A stretch of 64,000 nucleotides of DNA. It comes from Eledone cirrhosa (Eukaryota). A program made the translations under genes and the position numbers. Location: assembly GCA_964016885.1 (NCBI GenBank), contig OZ024758.1, forward strand, positions 33,976,001 through 34,040,000, read 5' to 3'. Each line of letters starts with the position of its first letter. The first letter of the stretch is position 1. This document shows positions 1 to 12,109 of this stretch, piece after piece. The notes under the pieces were generated by a model, which saw nothing but the letters and a program-made list of their open reading frames with translations, made no database searches and was not told where the DNA came from.

Positions 1-3000
1 TCATTTAAGTTCATGGTATTAGCTGTCAGAAGTGAATCCAATGTTGGTGAGAATTCATTTATGTCATGGTATTAGTTGTCAGAAGTAACTCCAATGTTGG
101 TGAGAATTCATTTAAGTTCATGGTACTAGCTGTCAGAAGTAACTCCACTGTTGGTGAGAATTCATTTAAGTTCATGGTATTAGCTGTCAGAAGTAACTCC
201 ACTGTTGGTGAGAATTCATTTAAGTTATGGTATTAGCTGTCAGAAGTAACTCCATTGTTGGTGAGAATTCATTTAAGTCATGGTACTAGCTGTCAGAAGT
301 AACTCCACTGTTGGTGAGAATTCATTTAAGTTCATGGTATTAGTTGTCAGAAGGAACTCCACTGTTGGTGAGAATTCATTTAAGTTCATGGTACTAGCTG
401 TCAGAAGTAACTCCACTGTTGGTGAGAATTCATTTAAGTTCATGGTATTAGTTTGTCAGAAGTAACTCCACTGTTGGTGAGAATTCATTTACGTTCATGG
501 TATTAGCTGTCAGAAGTAACTCCACTGTTGGTGAGAATTCATTTAAGTTCATGGTATTAGCTGTCAGAAGTAACTCCACTGTTGGTGAGAATTCATTTAA
601 GTTCATGGTATTAGCTGTCAGAAGGAACTCCAATGTTGGTGAGAATTCATTTAAGTCATGGTACTAGCTGTCAGAAGTAACTCCACTGTTGGTGAGAATT
701 CATTTAAGTTCATGGTATTAGCTGTCAGAAGGAACGCCACTGTTTGTGAGAATTCATTTAAGTTCATGGTATTAGCTGTCAGAAGTAACTCCACTGTTGG
801 TGAGAATTCATTTAAGTTCATGGTACTAGCTGTCAGAAGTAACTCCAATGTTGGTGAGAATTCATTTAAGTTCATGGTATTAGCTGTCAGAAGGAACTCC
901 ACTGTTGGTGAGAATTCATTTAAGTTCATGGTATTAGCTGTCAGAAGTAACTCCACTGTTGGTGAGAATTCATTTAAGTTCATGGTACTAGTTGTCAGAA
1001 GTAACTCCACTGTTGGTGAGAATTCATTTAAGTTCATGGTATTAGTTGTCAGAAGTAACTCCACTGTTGGTGAGAATTCATTTAAGTTCATGGTATTAGT
1101 TGTCAGAAGTAACTCCACTGTTGGTGAGAATTCATTTAAGTCATGGTATTAGTTGTCAGAAGTCACTCCAATGTTGGTGAGAATTCATTTAAGTTCATGG
1201 TACTAGCTTTCAGAAGTAACTCCACTGTTGGTGAGAATTCATTTAAGTTCATGGTATTAGCTGTCAGAAGTAACTCCACTGTTGGTGAGAATTCATTGAA
1301 GTCATGGTATTAGCTGTCAGAAGTAACTGCATTGTTGGTGAGAATTCATTTAAATCATGGTACTAGCTGTCAGAAGTAACTCCACTGTTGGTGTGAATTC
1401 ATTTAAGTTCATGGTATTAGCTGACAGAAGGAACTCCACTGTTGGTGAGAATTCATTAAGTTCATGGTACTAGATGTCAGAAGTAACTCCACTGTTGGTA
1501 AGAATTCATTTTAGTTCATGGTATTAGTTGTCAGAAGTAACTCCACTGTTGGTGAGAATTCATTTAAGTCATGGTACTAGCTGTCAGAAGTAACTCCACT
1601 GTTGGTGAGAATTCATTTAAGTTCATGGTATTAGCTGTCAGAAGGAACTCCACTGTTGGTGAGAATTCATTTAAGTTCATGGTACTAGCTGTCAGAAGTA
1701 ACTCCACTGTTGGTGAGAATTCATTTAAGTTCATGGTATTAGTTTGTCAGAAGTAACTCCACTGTTGGTGAGAATTCATTTAATTCATGGTATTAGTTGT
1801 CAGAAGTAACTCCAATGTTGGTGAGAATTCATTTAAGTCATGGTACTAGCTGTCAGAAGTAACTCCAATGTTGGTGAGAATTCATTTAAGTTCATGGTAT
1901 TAGCTGTCAGAAGGAACTCCACTGTTGGTGAGAATTCATTTAAGTTCATGGTATTAGCTGTCAGAAGTAACTCCACCGTTGGTGAGAATTCATTTAAGTT
2001 CATGGTACTAGCTGTCAGAAGTAACTCCAATGTTGGTGAGAATTCATTTAAGTTCATGGTATTAGCTGTCAGAAGTAACTCCACTGTTGGTGAGAATTCA
2101 TTTAAGTCATGGTATTAGCTGTCAGAAGTAACTCCAATGTTGGTGAGAATTCATTTAAGTTCATGGTATTAGCTGTCAGAAGTAACTCCACTGTTGGTGA
2201 GAATTCATTTAAGTTCATGGTATTAGCTGTCAGAAGTAACTCCACTGTTGGTGAGAATTCATTTAAGGCATGGTATTAGTTGTCAGAAGTAACTCCAATG
2301 TTGGTGAGAATTCATTTAAGTTCATGGTACTAGCTGTCAGAAGTAACTCCACTGTTGGTGAGAATTCATTTAAGTCATGGTACTAGCTGTCAGAAGTAAC
2401 TCCATTGTTGGTGAGAATTCATTTAAGTCATGGTACTAGCTGTCAGAAGTAACTCCACTGTTGGTGAGAATTCATTTAAGTTCATGGTACTAGCTGTCAG
2501 AAGTAACTCCACTGTTGGTGTGAATTCATTTAAGTTCATGGTATTAGCTGACAGAAGGAACTCCACTGTTGGTGAGAATTCATTTAAGTTCATGGTACTA
2601 GCTGTCAGAAGTAACTCCACTGTTGGTGAGAATTCATTTAAGTTCATGGTATTACTTTGTCAGAAGTAACTCCACTGTTGGTGAGAATTCATTTAAGTCA
2701 TGGTATTAGTTGTCAGAAGTAACTCCAATGTTGGTGAGAATTCATTTAAGTCATGGTACTAGCTGTCAGAAGTAACTCCACTGTTGGTGAGAATTCATTT
2801 AACTTCATGGTACTAGCTGTCAGAAGTAACTCCACTGTTGGTGAGAATTCATTTAAGTTCATGGTATTAGCTGTCAGAAGTAACTCCACTGTTGGTGAGA
2901 ATTCATTTAAGTTCATGGTATTAGCTGTCAGAAGGAACTCCAATGTTGGTGAGAATTCATTTAAGTCATGGTACTAGCTGTCAGAAGTAACTCCACTGTT

Positions 3001-6000
3001 GGTGAGAATTCATTTAAGTTCATGGTATTAGCTGTCAGAAGGAACGCCACTGTTTGTGAGAATTCATTTAAGTTCATGGTATTAGCTGTCAGAAGTAACT
3101 CCACTGTTGGTGAGAATTCATTTAAGTTCATGGTACTAGCTGTCAGAAGTAACTCCAATGTTGGTGAGAATTCATTTAAGTTCATGGTACTAGCTGTCAG
3201 AAGTAACTCCACTGTTGGTGAGAATTCATTTAAGTTCATGGTACTAGCTGTCAGAAGTAACTCCACTGTTGGTGAGAATTCATTTAAGTTCATGGTACTA
3301 GCTGTCAGAAGTAACTCCACTGTTGGTGTGAATTCATTTAAGTTCATGGTATTAGCTGACAGAAGGAACTCCACTGTTGGTGAGAATTCATTTAAGTTCA
3401 TGGTACTAGCTGTCAGAAGTAACTCCACTGTTGGTGAGAATTCATTTAAGTTCATGGTATTACTTTGTCAGAAGTAACTCCAATGTTGGTGAGAATTCAT
3501 TTAAGTCATGGTATTAGTTGTCAGAAGTAACTCCAATGTTGGTGAGAATTCATTTAAGTCATGGTACTAGCTGTCAGAAGTAACTCCACTGTTGGTGAGA
3601 ATTCATTTAACTTCATGGTACTAGCTGTCAGAAGTAACTCCACTGTTCGGTGAGAATTCATTTAAGTTCATGGTATTAGCTGTCAGAAGTAACTCCACTG
3701 TTGGTGAGAATTCATTTAAGTCATGGTATTAGCTGTCAGAAGTAACTCCATTGTTGGTGAGAATTCATTTAAGTCATGGTACTAGCTGTCAGAAGTAACT
3801 CCACTGTTGGTGAGAATTCATTTAAGTTCATGGTATTAGCTGTCAGAAGGAACTCCACTGTTGGTGAGAATTCATTTAACTTCATGGTACTAGCTGTCAG
3901 AAGTAACTCCACTGTTGGTGAGAATTCATTTAAGTTCATGGTATTAGTTTGTCAGAAGTAACTCCACTGTTGGTGAGAATTCATTTAAGTCATGGTATTA
4001 GTTGTCAGAAGTAACTCCAATGTTGGTGAGAATTCATTTAAGTCATGGTACTAGCTGTCAGAAGTAACTCCAATGTTGGTGAGAATTCATTTAAGTTCAT
4101 GGTATTAGCTGTCAGAAGGAACTCCACTGTTGGTGAGAATTCATTTAAGTTCATGGTATTAGCTGTCAGAAGTAACTCCACTGTTGGTGAGAATTCATTT
4201 AAGTTCATGGTACTAGCTGTCAGAAGTAACTCCACTGTTGGTGAGAATTCATTTAAGTCATGGTATTAGCTGTCAGAAGTAACTCCAATGTTGGTGAGAA
4301 TTCATTTAAGTTCATGGTATTAGCTGTCAGAAGTAACTCCACTGTTGGTGAGAATTCATTTAAGTTCATGGTATTAGCTGTCAGAAGTGAATCCAATGTT
4401 GGTGAGAATTCATTTATGTCATGGTATTAGTTGTCAGAAGTAACTCCAATGTTGGTGAGAATTCATTTAAGTTCATGGTACTAGCTGTCAGAAGTAACTC
4501 CACTGTTGGTGAGAATTCATTTAAGTTCATGGTATTAGCTGTCAGAAGTAACTCCACTGTTGGTGAGAATTCATTTAAGTTATGGTATTAGCTGTCAGAA
4601 GTAACTCCATTGTTGGTGAGAATTCATTTAAGTCATGGTACTAGCTGTCAGAAGTAACTCCACTGTTGGTGAGAATTCATTTAAGTTCATGGTATTAGTT
4701 GTCAGAAGGAACTCCACTGTTGGTGAGAATTCATTTAAGTTCATGGTACTAGCTGTCAGAAGTAACTCCACTGTTGGTGAGAATTCATTTAAGTTCATGG
4801 TATTAGTTTGTCAGAAGTAACTCCACTGTTGGTGAGAATTCATTTACGTTCATGGTATTAGCTGTCAGAAGTAACTCCACTGTTGGTGAGAATTCATTTA
4901 AGTTCACGGTATTAGCTGTCAGAAGTAACTCCACTGTTGGTGAGAATTCATTTAAGTTCATGGTATTAGCTGTCAGAAGGAACTCCAATGTTGGTGAGAA
5001 TTCATTTAAGTCATGGTACTAGCTGTCAGAAGTAACTCCACTGTTGGTGAGAATTCATTTAAGTTCATGGTATTAGCTGTCAGAAGGAACGCCACTGTTT
5101 GTGAGAATTCATTTAAGTTCATGGTATTAGCTGTCAGAAGTAACTCCACTGTTGGTGAGAATTCATTTAAGTTCATGGTACTAGCTGTCAGAAGTAACTC
5201 CAATGTTGGTGAGAATTCATTTAAGTTCATGGTATTAGCTGTCAGAAGGAACTCCACTGTTGGTGAGAATTCATTTAAGTTCATGGTATTAGCTGTCAGA
5301 AGTAACTCCACTGTTGGTGAGAATTCATTTAAGTTCATGGTACTAGTTGTCAGAAGTAACTCCACTGTTGGTGAGAATTCATTTAAGTTCATGGTATTAG
5401 TTGTCAGAAGTAACTCCACTGTTGGTGAGAATTCATTTAAGTTCATGGTATTAGTTGTCAGAAGTAACTCCACTGTTGGTGAGAATTCATTTAAGTCATG
5501 GTATTAGTTGTCAGAAGTCACTCCAATGTTGGTGAGAATTCATTTAAGTTCATGGTACTAGCTTTCAGAAGTAACTCCACTGTTGGTGAGAATTCATTTA
5601 AGTTCATGGTATTAGCTGTCAGAAGTAACTCCACTGTTGGTGAGAATTCATTGAAGTCATGGTATTAGCTGTCAGAAGTAACTGCATTGTTGGTGAGAAT
5701 TCATTTAAATCATGGTACTAGCTGTCAGAAGTAACTCCACTGTTGGTGTGAATTCATTTAAGTTCATGGTATTAGCTGACAGAAGGAACTCCACTGTTGG
5801 TGAGAATTCATTAAGTTCATGGTACTAGATGTCAGAAGTAACTCCACTGTTGGTAAGAATTCATTTTAGTTCATGGTATTAGTTGTCAGAAGTAACTCCA
5901 CTGTTGGTGAGAATTCATTTAAGTCATGGTACTAGCTGTCAGAAGTAACTCCACTGTTGGTGAGAATTCATTTAAGTTCATGGTATTAGCTGTCAGAAGG

Positions 6001-6520
6001 AACTCCACTGTTGGTGAGAATTCATTTAAGTTCATGGTACTAGCTGTCAGAAGTAACTCCACTGTTGGTGAGAATTCATTTAAGTTCATGGTATTAGTTT
6101 GTCAGAAGTAACTCCACTGTTGGTGAGAATTCATTTAATTCATGGTATTAGTTGTCAGAAGTAACTCCAATGTTGGTGAGAATTCATTTAAGTCATGGTA
6201 CTAGCTGTCAGAAGTAACTCCAATGTTGGTGAGAATTCATTTAAGTTCATGGTATTAGCTGTCAGAAGGAACTCCACTGTTGGTGAGAATTCATTTAAGT
6301 TCATGGTATTAGCTGTCAGAAGTAACTCCACCGTTGGTGAGAATTCATTTAAGTTCATGGTACTAGCTGTCAGAAGTAACTCCAATGTTGGTGAGAATTC
6401 ATTTAAGTTCATGGTATTAGCTGTCAGAAGTAACTCCACTGTTGGTGAGAATTCATTTAAGTCATGGTATTAGCTGTCAGAAGTAACTCCAATGTTGGTG
6501 AGAATTCATTTAAGTTCATG
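1..6520. repeat. Block duplication, offset 4355 bp (~81 monomers): ~1-2165 matches ~4356-6520
   Basis: Rare variant GTGAATCC at 32 and 4387. ORF starts 280/4635, 658/5013, 1571/5926 and 1840/6195 all differ by 4355. Confidence 0.93.
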
Positions 6521-7019
6521 GTACTAGCTGTCAGAAGTAACTCCACTGTTGGTGTGAATTCATTTAAGTTCATGGTATTAGCTGACAGAAGGAACTCCAC
6601 TGTTGGTGAGAATTCATTTAAGTTCATGGTACTAGCTGTCAGAAGTAACTCCACTGTTGGTGAGAATTCATTTAAGTTCATGGTATTACTTTGTCAGAAG
6701 TAACTCCACTGTTGGTGAGAATTCATTTAAGTCATGGTATTAGTTGTCAGAAGTAACTCCAATGTTGGTGAGAATTCATTTAAGTCATGGTACTAGCTGT
6801 CAGAAGTAACTCCACTGTTGGTGAGAATTCATTTAACTTCATGGTACTAGCTGTCAGAAGTAACTCCACTGTTGGTGAGAATTCATTTAAGTTCATGGTA
6901 TTAGCTGTCAGAAGTAACTCCACTGTTGGTGAGAATTCATTTAAGTCATGGTATTAGCTGTCAGAAGTAACTCCATTGTTGGTGAGAATTCATTTAAGTC
7001 ATGGTATTAGTTGTCAGAA

Positions 7020-8285
7020 GTAACTCCATTGTTGGTGAGAATTCATTTAAGTCATGGTACTAGCTGTCAGAAGTAACTCCACTGTTGGTGAGAATTCATT
7101 TAAGTTCATGGTACTAGCTGTCAGAAGTAACTCCACTGTTGGTGTGAATTCATTTAAGTTAATGGTATTAGCTGACAGAAGGAACTCCACTGTTGGTGAG
7201 AAGTCATTTAAGTTCATGGTACTAGCTGTCAGAAGTAACTCCACTGTTGGTGAGAATTCATTTAAGTTCATGGTACTAGCTGTCAGAAGTAACTCCACTG
7301 TTGGTGAGAATTCATTTAAGTTCATGGTACTAGCTGTCAGAAGTAACTCCACTGTTGGTGTGAATTCATTTAAGTTCATGGTATTAGCTGACAGAAGGAA
7401 CTCCACTGTTGGTGAGAATTCATTTAAGTTCATGGTACTAGCTGTCAGAAGTAACTCCACTGTTGGTGAGAATTCATTTAAGTTCATGGTATTACTTTGT
7501 CAGAAGTAACTCCACTGTTGGTGAGAATTCATTTAAGTCATGGTATTAGTTGTCAGAAGTAACTCCAATGTTGGTGAGAATTCATTTAAGTCATGGTACT
7601 AGCTGTCAGAAGTAACTCCACTGTTGGTGAGAATTCATTTAAGTCATGGTACTAGCTGTCAGAAGTAACTCCATTGTTGGTGAGAATTCATTTAAGTCAT
7701 GGTACTAGCTGTCAGAAGTAACTCCACTGTTGGTGAGAATTCATTTAAGTTCATGGTACTAGCTGTCAGAAGTAACTCCACTGTTGGTGTGAATTCATTT
7801 AAGTTCATGGTATTAGCTGACAGAAGGAACTCCACTGTTGGTGAGAATTCATTTAAGTTCATGGTACTAGCTGTCAGAAGTAACTCCACTGTTGGTGAGA
7901 ATTCATTTAAGTTCATGGTACAAGCTGTCAGAAGTAACTCCACTGTTGGTGAGAATTCATTTAAGTTCATGGTACTAGCTGTCAGAAGTAACTCCACTGT
8001 TGGTGTGAATTCATTTAAGTTCATGGTATTAGCTGACAGAAGGAACTCCACTGTTGGTGAGAATTCATTTAAGTTCATGGTACTAGCTGTCAGAAGTAAC
8101 TCCACTGTTGGTGAGAATTCATTTAAGTTCATGGTATTACTTTGTCAGAAGTAACTCCACTGTTGGTGAGAATTCATTTAAGTCATGGTATTAGTTGTCA
8201 GAAGTAACTCCAATGTTGGTGAGAATTCATTTAAGTCATGGTACTAGCTGTCAGAAGTAACTCCACTGTTGGTGAGAATTCATTT
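7020..8285. repeat. 645-bp (12-monomer) tandem duplication containing a nested 216-bp (4-monomer) duplication
   Basis: ORFs 7054 and 7699 differ by 645. The GGTGTGAATT + GCTGACAGAAGG monomer pair occurs at ~7141, 7357, 7786 and 8002 (spacings 216 and 645). Confidence 0.85.
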
Positions 8286-8449
8286 AACTTCATGGTACTA
8301 GCTGTCAGAAGTAACTCCACTGTTGGTGAGAATTCATTTAAGTTCATGGTATTAGCTGTCAGAAGTAACTCCACTGTTGGTGAGAATTCATTTAAGTCAT
8401 GGTATTAGCTGTCAGAAGTAACTCCATTGTTGGTGAGAATTCATTTAAG

Positions 8450-11270
8450 TCATGGTATTAGTTGTCAGAAGTAACTCCAATGTTGGTGAGAATTCATTTA
8501 AGTCATGGTACTAGCTGTCAGAAGTAACTCCAATGTTGGTGAGAATTCATTTAAGTTCATGGTATTAGCTGTCAGAAGGAACTCCACTGTTGGTGAGAAT
8601 TCATTTAAGTTCATGGTATTAGCTGTCAGAAGTAACTCCACTGTTGGTGAGAATTCATTTAAGTTCATGGTACTAGCTGTCAGAAGTAACTCCACTGTTG
8701 GTGAGAATTCATTTAAGTTCATGGTATTAGCTGTCAGAAGTAACTCCAATGTTGGTGAGAATTCATTTAAGTTCATGGTATTAGCTGTCAGAAGTAACTC
8801 CACCGTTGGTGAGGATTCATTTAAGTTCATGGTATTAGCTGTCAGAAGTAACTCCACTGTTGGTGAGAATTCATTTAAGTTCATGGTACTAGCTGTCAGA
8901 AGTAACTCCACTGTTGGTGAGAATTCATTTAAGTTCATGGTATTAGTTTGTCAGAAGTAACTCCACTGTTGGTGAGAATTCATTTAAGGCATGGTATTAG
9001 TTGTCAGAAGTAACTCCAATGTTGGTGAGAATTCATTTAAGTTCATGGTACTAGCTGTCAGAAGTAACTCCACTGTTGGTGAGAATTCATTTAAGTTCAT
9101 GGTATTAGCTGTCAGAAGTAACTCCACTGTTGGTGAGAATTCATTTAAGTCATGGTCTTAGCTGTCAGAAGTAACTCCGTTGTTGGTGAGAATTCATTTA
9201 AGTCATGGTACTAGCTGTCAGAAGTAACTCCACGGTTGGTGAGAATTCATTTAAGTTCATGGTACTAGCTGTCAGAAGTAACTCCACTGTTGGTGAGAAT
9301 TCATTTAAGTTCATGGCACTAGCTGTCAGAAGTAACTCCACGGTTGGTGAGAATTCATTTAAGTTCATGGTACTAGCTGTCAGAAGTAACTCCACTGTTG
9401 GTGAGAATTCATTTAAGTTCATGGTACTAGCTGTCAGAAGTAACTCCAATGTTGGTGAGAATTCATTTAAGTTCATGGTATTAGCTGTCAGAAGTAACTC
9501 CACTGTTGGTGAGAATTCATTTAAGTTCATGGTACTAGCTGTCAGAAGTAACTCCACTGTTGGTGAGAATTCATTTAAGTTCATGGTATTAGCTGTCAGA
9601 AGTCACTCCAATGTTGGTGAGAATTCATTTAAGTTCATGGTATTAGCTGTCAGAAGTAACTCCACTGTTGATGAGAATTCATTTATGTCATGGTATTAGT
9701 TGTCAGAAGTAACTCCAATGTTGGTGAGAATTCATTTAAGTTCATGGTACTAGCTGTCAGAAGTAACTCCACTGTTGGTGAGAATTCATTTAAGTTCATG
9801 GTATTAGCTGTCAGAAGTAACTCCACTGTTGGTGAGAATTCATTTAAGTCATGGTATTAGCTGTCAGAAGTAACTCCATTGTTGGTGAGAATTCATTTAA
9901 GTCATGGTACTAGCTGTCAGAAGTAACTCCACTGTTGGTGAGAATTCATTTAAGTTCATGGTATTAGCTGTCAGAAGGAACTCCACTGTTGGTGAGAATT
10001 CATTTAACTTCATGGTACTAGCTGTCAGAAGTAACTCCACTGTTGGTGAGAATTCATTTAAGTTCATGGTATTAGTTTGTCAGAAGTAACTCCACTGTTG
10101 GTGAGAATTCATTTAAGTCATGGTATTAGTTGTCAGAAGTAACTCCAATCTTGGTGAGAATTCATTTAAGTCATGGTACTAGCTGTCAGAAGTAACTCCA
10201 ATGTTGGTGAGAATTCATTTAAGTTCATGGTATTAGCTGTCAGAAGGAACTCCACTGTTGGTGAGAATTCATTTAAGTTCATGGTATTAGCTGTCAGAAG
10301 TAACTCCACTGTTGGTGAGAATTCATTTAAGTTCATGGTACTAGCTGTCAGAAGTAACTCCACTGTTGGTGAGAATTCATTTAAGTTCATGGTATTAGCT
10401 GTCAGAAGTAACTCCAATGTTGGTGAGAATTCATTTAAGTTCATGGTATTAGCTGTCAGAAGTAACTCCACTGTTGGTGAGAATTCATTTAAGTTCATGG
10501 TTTTAGCTGTCAGAAGTAACTCCACTGTTGGTGAGAATTCATTTAAGTTCATGGTACTAGCTGTCAGAAGTAACTCCACTGTTGGTGAGAATTCATTTAA
10601 GTTCATGGTATTAGTTTGTCAGAAGTAACTCCACTGTTGGTGAGAATTCATTTAAGGCATGGTATTAGTTGTCAGAAGTAACTCCAATGTTGGTGAGAAT
10701 TCATTTAAGTTCATGGTACTAGCTGTCAGAAGTGACTCCACTGTTGGTGAGAATTCATTTAAGTTCATGGTATTAGCTGTCAGAAGTAACTCCACTGTTG
10801 GTGAGAATTCATTTAAGTCATGGTATTAGCTGTCAGAAGTAACTCCATTGTTGGTGAGAATTCATTTAAGTCATGGTACTAGCTGTCAGAAGTAACTCCA
10901 CGGTTGGTGAGAATTCATTTAAGTTCATGGTACTAGCTGTCAGAAGTAACTCCACTGTTGGTGAGAATTCATTTAAGTTCATGGTACTAGCTGTCAGAAG
11001 TAACTCCACGGTTGGTGAGAATTCATTTAAGTTCATGGTACTAGCTGTCAGAAGTAACTCCACTGTTGGTGAGAATTCATTTAAGTTCATGGTACTAGCT
11101 GTCAGAAGTAACTCCAATGTTGGTGAGAATTCATTTAAGTTCATGGTATTAGCTGTCAGAAGTAACTCCACTGTTGGTGAGAATTCATTTAAGTTCATGG
11201 TACTAGCTTTCAGAAGTAACACCACTGTTGGTGAGAATTAATTTAAGTTCATGGTATTAGCTGTCAGAAG
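8450..11270. repeat. 1668-bp (31-monomer) offset duplication, with several differences between copies
   Basis: ORFs 8505/10173 and 9205/10873 differ by 1668. Shared AAGGCA and CCACGG markers. Several private SNPs in each copy. Confidence 0.8.
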
Positions 11271-12109
11271 TCACTCCAATGTTGGTGAGAATTCATTTAA
11301 GTTCATGGTATTAGCTGTCAGAAGTCACTCCACTGTTGGTGAGAATTCATTTAAGTTCATGGTACTAGCTGTCAGAAGTAACCCCAATGTTGGTGAGAAT
11401 TCATTTAAGTTCATGGTATTAGCTGTCAGAAGTCACTCCAATGTTGGTGAGAAATCATTTAAGTTCATGGTATTAGCTGTCAGAAGTAACTCCACTGTTG
11501 GTGAGAATTCATTTAAGTTCATGGTATTAGCTGTCAGAAGTAACTCCACTGTTGGTGAGAATTCATTTAAGTTCATGGTATTAGCTGTCAGAAGGAACTC
11601 CAATGTTGGTGAGAATTCATTTAAGTCATGGTACTAGCTGTCAGAAGTAAATCCACTGTTGGTGAGAATTCATTTAAGTTCATGGTATTAGCTGTCAGAA
11701 GGAACGCCACTGTTGGTGAGAATTCATTTAAGTTCATGGTATTAGCTGTCAGAAGTAACTCCACTGTTGGTGAGAATTCATTTAAGTTCATGGTACTAGC
11801 TGTCAGAAGTAACTCCAATGTTGGTGAGAATTCATTTAAGTTCATGGTATTAGCTGTCAGAAGTAACTCCACTGTTGGGGAGAATTCATTTAAGTTCATG
11901 GTACTAGCTGTCAGAAGTAACTCCACTGTTGGTGAGAATTCATTTAAGTTCATGGTATTAGTTTGTCAGAAGTAACTCCACTGTTGGTGAGAATTCATTT
12001 AAGTCTTGGTATTAGTTGTCAGAAGTAACTCCAATGTTGGTGAGAATTCATTTAAGTTCATGGTACTAGCTGTCAGAAGTAACTCCACTGTTGGTGAGAA
12101 TTCATTTAA

